Assembly (NCBI GenBank): GCA_964036045.1
Contig: OZ038378.1
Coordinates: 51,026,001 to 51,090,000 of the forward strand
Source: Eutreptiella sp. 'Long Island Sound 2002'
Lineage: Eukaryota > Protista > Euglenida
DNA: 64,000 nt
Direction: 5' to 3'
The position numbers were made by a program, and so were the translations under genes. Shown piece by piece: positions 36,131-47,010 of this stretch. The notes below the pieces were generated by a model that was not told the DNA's origin, ran no database searches, and saw nothing but the letters and a program-made list of their open reading frames with translations. Positions within the stretch are counted from its first letter, which is position 1; each line of letters opens with the position of its first letter.

Positions 36131-36899
36131 GCCTCACATCTTTACATCTCGTTGCAGGGCCAAATGGCCCTAACTGAGGCTCTAGAGGCGGAAAGCCCTA
36201 GCCCCGCAAGCCCGATCGTTATCCCCTCGCCCCCAAAAATGGCAGGCAAGCAGGCATGCAAGCAAGGAGGCAGGCAAGCAAGCAAGCCGGGGAGGCAAAA
36301 TAAGGCCGCGGGGAGCCAATGGAGGTCAGAGGCCGCAAGTCGGGGACGAGGTCACGGTCTTTCTCTTTGAAGTGGCCCTGTTGATCCCCTGTCCCGTTGG
36401 CGCTGCAGCCTTTCGGGCCGCCAACAAGGCTTCTTGCTGAGCAACGGCGGTGTCACTAACGAGACCACCAATGTTGCGCACGCGGGCCAGGCCCTTTTGT
36501 TGCACCCGTTTGCCGGTGTCTGTAAAGAACACGAGCTGGTGAACGTTGTTGTCTTCCACTCAAATGACCTAGAGCCCATCGGTCACCCGCCCCTCCGTCA
36601 GCTGCTTGATCTCCACAACGCTGGCAGCACCACATTCACCGTTGGCATCTTCTTGCCATCCTATGACAAGACAACAACATAACACAACGAACAGGAAGGG
36701 GAAAGGCACGCACAAACAACACACCAAACACCCGCTAGCGCTCGATAGCCACGAAGGCTGGAGCACCGGCAGATGTCACGTAAGCAGTCTTGAGGTGAGG
36801 ACCTCTGTTGCAAAGTTTATTGCACAGGTTTTGCCACCTGAGACCGTGGAATCTCTTGCCAAGCTCCTAGGGGCACTTGAGAAGATGGTGTAGAAGCGT

Positions 36900-37790
36900 T
36901 GTAAGGAGGCCAGCAGGGCAAAAGGGCAGAAGCTGGAGGGGGATGGGGTGCTTTGGGGGCGGCATTGGGTAGGGAGCCCCCCCCGCCCCCCCCCCCCCCC
37001 ATGATGCACCCCTTTTAAAGTATGGGTAACCCCACCAAATGTACTTCCTACTCTCTAGGGGTGTTTTGCGGTCCAGGTAGGTGTGTTGGCCCAAGTATGG
37101 GGTCACGGCAACATGTTGCGTAGAAGTTGAAAAAATGGCCCGGGAGGGTTTCTACTAGTAGGAACCCATTCCCAGCTATTGATAGGAACGCCCTTCCTTG
37201 CCATCAACCCCCTTCCTACCATTACCGAAAGATGTCTATTTTCTTTCGAGTGTCTTTTTTTTTTTGATGCTATTCGTTGCCGTGTCTGCCCGGCCCTCGG
37301 GCCCTGGCATTGATTGGTGTCGATCGATGTGCCGGCTCTGATCAGATGAGTGTCAAGGAGCACATGCAGGCTTTCTCCACTCCGGAACGCCCCATCCTGG
37401 TCCCCCTCAACTCAAAACACTTCGCTGCGCTTGGTGGCCTTGGGGACCATGATTACCTAGTGCAAGAAGAGCGTTGGCTTCAAGACGGCTTCAATCTGTC
37501 CATGGGTTTTTCTGTCCGCCCTGCTGGGATTAAATCAATTAAGGACCAGTAGTAGGCCCAGATGATGTTTCGTGGTGATTTTGTGAAGTTTCTCTATTGC
37601 TGTTTGAAAAAGGACTTCCAAGCTGCCCAAGAAAATGTTTCAGCTTTGCTTAAATTGCCGCACAAGGGAAAATTTTTGATTTCGTTGTGCCTGACCCGAT
37701 GAGCCGTGACTTGTATGATGAAGGTCTTAGGAGGCCCATAGTGCCCCCTATCGCTTTAGCGAAAAAAGGGGTGATGGGTGGTGTTTTGCG
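36900..37790 (-). pseudogene. Possible 3' fragment of a non-LTR retrotransposon ORF2
   Basis: Decayed minus-strand segments FFAKAIGGTMGLLRPSSY and GESLHVLL resemble post-RT regions. The evidence is weak. Confidence 0.25.
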
Positions 37791-38739
37791 TATGGTGAAA
37801 TGGGGGTTCAAATTTGCATTTTTTCATCAGGCTGGGCTCTGCAGAGCCCACACTAGCCGTGTAAGCCATTTCTGGCCCCAATATTACACATCTTAGATCT
37901 CCGGGCTCTTCAAAACCCAGGTTACAAGTTATACCCTGTGTACCTACCCCCGGTACAACACTCGGCACCTGTATACAGTGGTCAAGTGGCCACGCTACAT
38001 GGCGCTGGGTTAAGTGGTATACCCTCGTTGACATTGTAACACATTCAACCTAAACATTGTCCCCGGACAGGTCAGCAGTAACAGTATTCAAGGATACAAC
38101 TCCTACATACATTACCAGTGGGCAATGATCCAAGACACTTACCACACCAGGCATCACATATTCTGGATGGAACTGCCTAAACAAGGCTTATATTAGGATT
38201 TTTCAACAACCTGGGCTCTGCAGAGGTTGTTGAAGCCCAGAGTTCATAAACTTGGTGCTTGAGGGGTGCTCATTAGGGTCTCCCTATTTGCTGGGCTCTG
38301 CAGAGCCCAGATCTTCACAACTTCCCATTTTGCCCCCTTTTGTGTGACATAATAGCGCTATGACACTTCGAAACTTATTCAACATGTGGTCTGGTAGTAT
38401 TTTTATTATGCCTTTCTGCCGCGTTGCTGTTGTATCGTGTATTACAATGGTGCACCCATGGCATTGTGTAAGTATGACAGTCGCCATTCAGGTCATACGC
38501 TGTAACAAGCCTTGGACTGTTTGCACGCAGTGTAGTCCGACGGGGTCCAGTGGGGTAGTGTTTCTATTGTTGTGGCGCGTCCGATACTATGGGAGTTTTA
38601 GGACACATTGTTTGCAATATACCCTAATCTATTGCAGTTGGTTTTTATGCATACTGTGCAGTGCTCGTACATTTACTATCTGGTCATACGTCCCGTATAT
38701 TAAGTACATGTAACATGCTATCTTCCTTTTACAACAGCC

Positions 38740-39774
38740 ATGGCTGATTTCCCACATGCTAGAGGTACGGAGGTGGATGTACCGGGTTCCGGCCAGGATA
38801 CTGAAGGAGATGAGGCTGTAGGACCTGTACCCTTACCGGTCCCATCGACCAGTGGAACAACAGCGCGTGCTGCAGCTACGCTCGCCTTGCAAGAGGCGAT
38901 TATGTTTACGGGGTCAGCACCCCCATCCCCACCCTGGCCACCAAAGCTTGTCCCCAAGGACCAGCCAACCCCACCAAAGGCCTCCTTCAATGACCCATTG
39001 ACTCCAAAGACAATGGAGTTGCTGAGGGACAACAGTGGTGACCAGGCACGATGGTTCGTGCAGTACATTTGGGGGCTTCGTGCACGGTTCCGTTTTGCAT
39101 TGCGGAACCCAATACGCACCCCCCTTGTCACATGGCAACAAGGGGATCGGATATGCCGATCCCATTTTCTGTCACGCAGCGAGGAGCGGGCTGCATTGAT
39201 CCTGGATACACTGAATCCAGAATCACGTCCCCCTGCTGAGTTGTCTCCCCATCCCCGTATCCCACCTCCTCGGCCACTTCCTCCCCCGCATGCCGACCAA
39301 CCCACACTTACACAGATTGATCGGCACCCCTCCGATCGCCAGCACGTAAGGTCCCTTCCATTACCTGTGGAAGCAGACCGCACCGGTGGGCAGTCAAAAT
39401 ACAGCCTGTTGCCACCAGTGACTGTACCACATCGAGGCACCCCCCCCGCCCTGAGTCACAGTTCAGTCACCTCCAGTGGTAGGCGGTCAGTTAGCGCCCC
39501 GCTGCCCTTGTCTGATAATGCACTACCCCCAAGGAGTTCCCTCCTGCATCCCCCCCCGCGCACTTCTCTGTTGCCCACTGCCGCTTATGCGGACAACCGA
39601 CATACCCCCAGGTACTCACTTTTGCCACATGCGCATGTAGGATTGTTGCCGGATGTGGCTCCATCTGCCCCCCCACAACCATCTACTATCCCGGTAAAGA
39701 AGGATGGTCGGTATCGGTCACGGTGGTCATTACTGCCTGATATGCCCCCGGCCAAATACCGGAAAACTCTGTGA
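38740..39774 (+). CDS. 344-aa Pro-rich hypothetical protein with about 6 'SLLP' motifs
   Basis: Intact ORF containing KYSLLPP, RSSLLHP, RTSLLPT, RYSLLPH, VGLLPD and RWSLLPD. Confidence 0.5.
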   Translation: MADFPHARGTEVDVPGSGQDTEGDEAVGPVPLPVPSTSGTTARAAATLALQEAIMFTGSAPPSPPWPPKLVPKDQPTPPKASFNDPLTPKTMELLRDNSGDQARWFVQYIWGLRARFRFALRNPIRTPLVTWQQGDRICRSHFLSRSEERAALILDTLNPESRPPAELSPHPRIPPPRPLPPPHADQPTLTQIDRHPSDRQHVRSLPLPVEADRTGGQSKYSLLPPVTVPHRGTPPALSHSSVTSSGRRSVSAPLPLSDNALPPRSSLLHPPPRTSLLPTAAYADNRHTPRYSLLPHAHVGLLPDVAPSAPPQPSTIPVKKDGRYRSRWSLLPDMPPAKYRKTL

Positions 39775-40422
39775 TGCATTAAGTGGTTGGTCTACTCCCC
39801 AAATGGGTGGTATGCACCCCCAACTATCATTTCTTGGGACCCTGGGCTCTGCAGAGCCCAGCTTGCGCCAAATGCTACTTTTACCCCTTCTCATCTCTTT
39901 GCTTGTGGCACGTCCCTCCCTCTTTTTCCTCTGTCTATTACACGGCCCGCCATTACTGATTACGGGACGCTGGGCTCTGCAGAGCCCAGCACTCATAACC
40001 TTGGTACTTGAGGGGTGCTTATTGGGGTTTCTCTGTTGGCTGGGCTCTGCAGAGCCCAGACCTTCAGCACTTCCCATTTTGCCCCCTTTTGTGTCCTAGT
40101 CTACGCCTCTAGTTCCTTGTTCTGGTCACCACCTTTTCCTGTTGTGCCACCCAGACTGTCTTATAACTATGGCACCGGTTTCTATGTCGTTGCATGTCAG
40201 CTACATGCGGTCTCTTTGTAAGACAGAATGGCGCACTGGTCGCCAAATGATATTGTCGGCTGTGCGCCGTGGTGTGGCAAAGGAATTCATAAGATTCTGT
40301 GCGGGTCTACGTGTCAACAAGCGGACCCGCATTACGATCGACCGCATTCGCAAGGTGTTGGCACGAAAAAAAATGGCCGCGTTGGCTAACTAATTTTTCC
40401 AAGGAGGGCCTATTATGTATGG

Positions 40423-42306
40423 TTGGGGATGCGTCGCATGGCCTTGCCACAAGCGGCCGTCCCCAGTGGTGAGAGCACCATTGCTGTAATGCGGGCAGAC
40501 ATCCGCAAGCTGGTGCACGCTGGTATCAGCATGCCATCCCGGTTGTCTATTACAGACCAGGGGGCATTACAGTTCCGGAAACTGTGGCGTAGCATTGTTC
40601 GCCGTGATATTGTGGTGTGGGTGGACAGCTGGTGGCATGCCCAGTTTCGGGCCAATCTGGTGAAACCCAATGTCTGTCCAGATGTGACTGCCATAGCGGT
40701 GTTGCGCACAACCCGCCTTCCTCATTTTCTTGGCCACCCGAGTCTGCGTGACCCAATGGACCGGGTGGACACAGTGGCCATGGCAGTTGTTCAACAGCAC
40801 AGAGAAATGTTGAAGGTGTGCACTGATATGTGCAATACACCCATTTCTCGGAGAACCATCCGTGCCCCCCTCGATGTTGCCCGGGAGGCTGGTAGACAGC
40901 AACTCTTTTGGAAGCCATTCGGCATATATGAGTCCCGTACAGGTCAGAACCAAGAGCTCTTGGATCTCCTCGATATGCTACGCACTACCCAACGGCATTG
41001 TCAAAAACCTATGGCATTGCTCGTTGATTGCAACATCCACTACCGGGTGCTCAAATTTTTGTACTCCAGAGCCACCATTGACAGGAATTTTCCGGATTGG
41101 TTGCGGGGTATCTCGTTGATTTACGGCGTGTGGCACCGCTACAAACATGTTTGCAATACCATTTGGCGTAAATTCTTTCCTCTGCTTTCGTACATCACCG
41201 CTCCCGTGTTTGGGGCCGGTGCGCGCATATATAACCATCCCAAACTCATTGTAATAGAGAAAACCATCGCCGCCCTCCTTCTCTCAGCCCCGGGCATACG
41301 GGCACAACTTCGGCAGAAAATTACCCTGTTTGAGGGACGCGCCAACCAAGCAGCCCTAAACACACAGGATGGGTTGCGCATCCTTCGGGGCCTTGAATCC
41401 CTCCTAAATTATTACCTCCCGGCCATCTTTGTAGTAGGACACTTAGTGCGCAATTGCACTTGGGCTGGGCGCGCCGACGGGACTGGTATAGTGGCCACGT
41501 GTGTACTTCAGTGCTGCGTGGGTCTGCTTGTTGACCTAGCCGGTCCAGGTGCAGCAAAAATGGACTATGTCCGTACCATATGCTGTGCACTTCTGTACAA
41601 TACACAATGGCACGACGACACGCCTGGTGCTGCCCATGTGGAGGAATGTTGTGAGGCCCTGCTTGCAAAATTGCGGGCACGGTGCAAGCAACAACCCGAC
41701 AAGCACACGGCGGATGAGGCTGGTGACCTCTTCCGCACCATGCCTCCCCGTCAGGAGGCACGTGCAACGGAGTCCCTCTCCGAAAGTGTGTGTGTTGAGG
41801 TGCGCGACAGGGTATGGGCACTCATGCGTGGTGCAGGACGGGAGGAGCATCCAACTGTGCGATGGTCCTCGGGTCCAGTTAGTGTGGTTGAGGCAGAAAG
41901 AGACACAACGTACGTGTTCCCCGAAAAGGGAACCGGGGGTACCCTAACAGTTGTGTTCATGAAATCTATTCTAAAGCGCTTTTTGCACACCCTAGTAGGT
42001 GGACAAGGGCTCCGCGATGATGCCATGGCTTACATACGTCAACATATCCCACTTAGGCCACCTGTGAACCGCCGCGAGGCCCGGGCAGCTGTAGAAACAG
42101 TTGGGTTCATACCAATTGCAATGAAGCACATTGTTCCCCCAGTGCCAAATGCAATGTTCATTGATCATGTGCGTGCCCCCCCTGAGGATGGCGTACCTGT
42201 GATCCGGGCGAGGGATGCTGTAGATGTTGATGCCCTGTCTAATGGCCTTGTACCTGTTGTGCTCAGTGAGGAGTTGCGTGAATTTGACCTGATAGACTCG
42301 GACTAA
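40423..42306 (+). CDS. Large putative transposase, DUF6589-like (N-terminus probably in ORF 40142-40393, separated by a frameshift)
   Basis: 627-aa open frame. LLVDCNIHYRVLK and IYGVWHRYKHVCNTIWRKF resemble the GDql...GlfH..m....iwr.h pattern I recall for DUF6589. A clear homologue lies at 63001-63978. Confidence 0.6.
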   Translation: MGMRRMALPQAAVPSGESTIAVMRADIRKLVHAGISMPSRLSITDQGALQFRKLWRSIVRRDIVVWVDSWWHAQFRANLVKPNVCPDVTAIAVLRTTRLPHFLGHPSLRDPMDRVDTVAMAVVQQHREMLKVCTDMCNTPISRRTIRAPLDVAREAGRQQLFWKPFGIYESRTGQNQELLDLLDMLRTTQRHCQKPMALLVDCNIHYRVLKFLYSRATIDRNFPDWLRGISLIYGVWHRYKHVCNTIWRKFFPLLSYITAPVFGAGARIYNHPKLIVIEKTIAALLLSAPGIRAQLRQKITLFEGRANQAALNTQDGLRILRGLESLLNYYLPAIFVVGHLVRNCTWAGRADGTGIVATCVLQCCVGLLVDLAGPGAAKMDYVRTICCALLYNTQWHDDTPGAAHVEECCEALLAKLRARCKQQPDKHTADEAGDLFRTMPPRQEARATESLSESVCVEVRDRVWALMRGAGREEHPTVRWSSGPVSVVEAERDTTYVFPEKGTGGTLTVVFMKSILKRFLHTLVGGQGLRDDAMAYIRQHIPLRPPVNRREARAAVETVGFIPIAMKHIVPPVPNAMFIDHVRAPPEDGVPVIRARDAVDVDALSNGLVPVVLSEELREFDLIDSD

Positions 42307-42790
42307 TCACGGGGCGGGTGGCAATGCAGACCCCCCCCCCCAAGGCAGGCCAACCTGCTGTGTACAGGCCCCTTATTGCTGTACCCCAGAGTCTGGGCTC
42401 TGCAGAGCCCAGCTTTCACCGCCACTGAGTTTTCAGGGGTTGTAATACTGGTTTTTGACACTCTAGGCTCTGCAGAGCCCAGCCGGTCCCCACGGTCTGA
42501 TATGTACCCGTATCTGGTCATTTTCAGTTGGTTTCTTATTGCTTTCATAGACTCAGACTAATCATCGAGGGGGCTGGCAATGCAACCCCCCCCCCAGACA
42601 GGCAAATTTGATGTTTACACCCCTGCTATCACTGTACCCCAAGTCTCTGGGCTCTGCAGAGCCCAGGTTTGCCTGACACTGAGTTTTAAGGGGTCGTATT
42701 ACTGGTTGTTGTTACTCTGGGCTGTGCAGAGCCCAGCCTGTCACCAGTGCCCGATATGTACTCCCATCTGGTCATTTGCTGTTCCTTTCT
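42292..42790. repeat. Tandem duplication, period about 254 bp, each unit carrying a palindrome doublet
   Basis: atagactcggactaatca (42292) versus atagactcagactaatca (42547). Palindromes at 42393/42463 versus 42647/42717. Confidence 0.9.
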
Positions 42791-43323
42791 TAGGGCTGGG
42801 CCAGTCCTGGACCATGCCATCTTCGTGCTTTGATCTGTGCACACATCTCCATTCTTTCGTATTGTAGTGTGCACCCGCTGCGTCAGCCTGTGTGACCCTC
42901 GAAGAGGTGTGCCTGGCACTGGTGTACTCACTGTTATGATTATTGGAGTTAAATTGCCACAGGCAGGTTTGGCTGTGTTGTTTCAGGCCATTTGCACGGG
43001 CCCAAGTTCCAGCTGGTTCATACCTGTGTCAACGAGCGACGTTTTAGTGGGCCTGTTTGATGCTGTGACCATCAATGTGCCCTGGACATTGTACTTGAGA
43101 TGCCTCTGCAGTGATTTGCTGTTTTGAAGACAGTTTTGGCTATTTCAACCCATGTGGGTGCCAATTTGAATGCTTTGATCCGACTAATTTGCTGTCCAAA
43201 TCTGCCATTTGCCACCATTGATGCTTTGAACTGTGTGATTGTTGTGCCGTTTTTGGTGACTTGATTTGTCCTGTAAAGTCTGTGTGTTTTTGGACCATGT
43301 GTGACATACCAAACGAAGTTGCC

Positions 43324-46300
43324 ATGGATGGCAACACCGCTGAGACACCAGCGATGGACACACTGGAAGCCGAGAAAGTGGACGCACTGCAGTCAGAGCC
43401 CTCCATAGAGGATGCTGTAAAGGGCAGCACTGTTGCTGGGGCCAGCCAGGCCAGTCAATCTCCCTCGCAAGTGGTGAACAAGGGTCGTGTCGCAAGGAAG
43501 ATGGGCAGTATCAAGGACTCCTCAACCGTACTGGCCATTCAAAACTACGTGGAGGTGCGGAGAGCGAAGGTGCCGCGCAAGGAATTGAAGATTGATAGGT
43601 GCATGGAGTATGGCCAATCCAGGATCATTGATTGGGACCGCGTGGCGGAGGTGAAGGAGGACCTACTGGCAAACCCCCCCGATGGCCGACTGCAGCTTCT
43701 GGTTTGGGACGACAAAGGTATGGGATTGTTGTGACGCAACTCGATCAATGTAATTGGCTACGTGGCCTGCCCTGTGTGACCTGCCATGCTGTTGTATTCA
43801 GTGGGAGCCCTGTGGGTGATTGGAGGCCAACACGGCGTTGCGGCATGTGATGAAATTTGCAAGGATGTGACAGCAAGGATGGGCGAGGTCGAGGACTGGA
43901 TGACTAACTTTGACGTGCGCATCGTCAAGTTTGATACATCCGCCGAGATCAGGCGAAAGTTCGCCGGACAACACAAAAAAGGCGCAGCACTGTGGGCGTG
44001 AGAGCAGTGTACCCCAACTGTTGAACAATTTCCTACAACTGGCGGCTGAGGACACACAATGCAAGAAGACAGTTGTCACCTTGATGTGTGAGGCAATCGT
44101 GGAGGCGGGGCTGACTACAAAATCCGGCAACACGGAGACAATCGTCAAGCAAATGAGGCCAGCTGCCCATATGGCCCTGACCTGTGGTGCCACCTTCACG
44201 GACGCACTCGGCAAGATGGTGGAACGCAAGCAGGTGATTGCCCTTTACACAATGCGATGCTTTGCTAGAATGCAACCCGACAATTTGTGGCGCGTATGCA
44301 ACTACATGGCCTCGCCGAAGAGTACGGTACCGGGCTTCCAGAAGCTGGCAAAGGAGCTCCGCGCTGGGGAATTGTGGTGGTATCACTTTGGTCATCCCGA
44401 CATGCCAGTTGAGCGCATCCACCCTTCACGACGTATGCTGTTGCTTTGTAAGCCCCTGCCTTTTGTTGTGATTGGGCCGCTTCGGCAGGGAGCCTGGATG
44501 AAGTGTAATGACCGATTTCAGTGTGGCAGTTTGGGTCTGCTGGGCTCTGCAGAGCCCAGGATCCCCTGGGTTGCCAATTGACTGCATGCAAACTTGCAAA
44601 GAGACGCTGGATTTGTAGGATTGCTCAAACTTCCGCAACTTCACTCATGATGACCGGTGCACTCTTGCCTAATGATGTCCAAGCCCCCCCCCCCCCGGGA
44701 GAACCCCTAATTCACCATTTTGTTCATGCAAGGCTTTGCAGAGCCCTGATGGAGGGAGTTGACCAATTTCAGACGCCATATTACCATCTGCAGAGTTCTG
44801 GGCTCTGCAGAGCCCAGGATCCCTTGGGATGCCAATTGACTGCATGTACAGAGACGCTTGATCTGTTGGATTGTCCGAACTTCCGCAACTTCACTCCCGA
44901 TTACCGGTGCACTGTTGCCTAATGATGCCCAAGCCCCCCCCCCCCCCCGGGACAACCCCTAATTCACCATTTTGGTCATGCTGGGCTCTGCAGAGCTCAG
45001 ATGGAGGGAGTTAACCAATTTCAGACGCCATATTACCATCTGGAGAGTTCTGGGCTCTGCAGAGCCCAAGATCCCCTGGGATGCCAATTGACTGCATGTA
45101 CAGAGACGCTGGATGTGTTGGATTGTCCGAACTTCCGCAACTTCACTCCCGATTACCGGTGCACTCTTGCCTAATGATGTCCAAGCCCCCCCCCCTCCCC
45201 GGGACACCCCCCAATTCACCATTTTCGTCATGCTATGCTCTGCAGAGCCCAGATGGAGGGAGTTGACCCAATTTTAGATGCCATATTACCATTTGGAGAG
45301 TTCTGGGCTCTGTAGAGCCCAGGATCCCCTGGGATGCCAATAGACTGCATGTACAGAGACGCTGGACTTGTTGAAGCTTCCTTGACGCTGGACCTGTTGA
45401 CCACTGCGGCCTGGCCTATTGATGTCCCACGAACCCCCCCCCCCCCCGGGCCACCCCGCAAATTGCCAATTTAGTCATGCTGGGCTCTGCAGAGCCCAAA
45501 TGAACCACAGCGACCAATTTCAGCCTTCATGTTACCAATTTGACAGTGCTGGGCTCTGCAGAGCCCAGGATCCAACAAAATGCAAATTTATGCTTTGCCG
45601 GATCGCTGTGACTTGGTGGATCGCTGCCCTCCTGCCCTCCTCTATGGCTCCTGTACACACAGGCACAAAGACTGAAGTGGCTCGCATCTCAAAGAAGTTT
45701 AGTCACCGTCTGGCGACTTTTGGTGCATGGCAAGGGAGCTGGGAGTACAGCGAGAGCACGCCCTGGCCACCGCTCCAGGCGCTGTTGAAGGCAGGTCTCT
45801 GGGTCAGCGATCGAGAAGATGTCGAAGCCCATCGCAGAATGCTTGTGAGACCAGTGTTGAACCCAGCTGTTGAGGTGTTTGGTGGCGAGGTGGCAAAGGT
45901 CAATGTTGGCACGGGGTCACAATCTGGAGAAATTTGGGCGTACGATGGATCGGTGACCGCAGTCCCAAACGAGATCAAACTGCTGAAGTACAATCTCGTC
46001 ATTGTTGAAGTCCCGCGGCGTGGAGGGTGGATCCCTGGTGCGCAGACTGTGCGTGTGCTGTCTCAAGGGGTACTTGGCGCCTTTCATGGACACCATAAGA
46101 ATTTGGTCGCTGTGGAACAACACTTGCGGTCGCAATTGGAAGATTTGTACCCAACGGCTTTGCGCATGGCTGTGTACCACCTGGGGCGCCGAGAAGAGCC
46201 ATATTTTTTGAGCAGTCAACCTTGTTGCTGGTGAAGACCCATGGGCTGGGCCCTGCAGTGCCGCACTTCCTCACACAAAGGTCGTTCACTGAAGGTCTGT

Positions 46301-47010
46301 GGCTGGGTCTGGCTATTTTGTGGTGGTTGGTGAATTTGCTGGAGGACCTCAACGAAGACTCGGACGACACGCACATGGATGGTGATGCATCGCGCTGCCT
46401 GTGGGCACTGTACTATGGCCGCCGCCCCGACCTGATCAGTCTGGGCTGTATTCACTTGCCTGTCCCGTTGAATTGCGCATGGGGTGTACTATCCGATGGT
46501 CCCTACAATGCAGCTGATGTGGTGAACCTGCTGAAGACGAGCGTCCGGAAAGGGGACACGGAGGAGGATGTTGAGTGGCGGAGTGTCACGCACTGGGCAA
46601 GCACCGGGCAGCCGCTGTTCCGGCAGGAGTCCCCTGACCAGGCAGCAGACGCGGACACGAGTGAGTCAGAAGTCGAGGAGGTGCCGGATCCGCAAACTCC
46701 CAAGCCGAAGGGGAGAAACACCGAAAAGCAGCGGCAGAAGGATCATGGGAAGGCGGAGCGCGAGTCGCGGAAGCAAGAGGAGGCACGGGAGAAGCAACGT
46801 AAGAAGGAGGAGAAGGAGAAGGAGAAAAAGGCAAGAGAGGACGAACGAGCAAATCGCAAGAGAAAAGAAGAGGAGGATAAGTTGGCAACGGCAGCCGCTG
46901 GCGCGTCCCCATCGCAGAAAAAAAGGGCAGTTGAGGGCCTGGAGGCCACCCTGCAACGTGGTGTCCGGGTTGGCTTGTCCAAGAGCAACGGCAAGAGCAA
47001 CGGCAAGTGA
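43324..47010 (+). pseudogene. ParB/Srx-like N-terminal domain fused to a degenerate beta-class DNA amino-methyltransferase-like fold, plus E/K-rich tail (multi-exon, frameshifts)
   Basis: YGQSRIIDWDRVAEVKEDLLANPP, then intron 43718-43801, then WVIGGQHGVAA. After IHPSR there is an intron holding the 252-bp array. The later LWWLVNLLEDLNEDSDDTHMDGDASRCLWALYYGRR resembles MTase motif X/I. Homologous to 58420-60874. Confidence 0.6.
44540..45568. repeat. Tandem array of about 4 x 252 bp, two palindromes and a poly-C run per unit, inside an intron
   Basis: Unit starts at 44540, 44798, 45050, 45303 and 45549 (periods 258, 252, 253, 246). Confidence 0.95.

Noticed and set aside
44707-45461. Repeated 80-90-aa ORFs (LGSAEP-containing) on either strand
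   Set aside because: They are translations of the 252-bp array and the palindrome. LGSAEP appears wherever the palindrome does.
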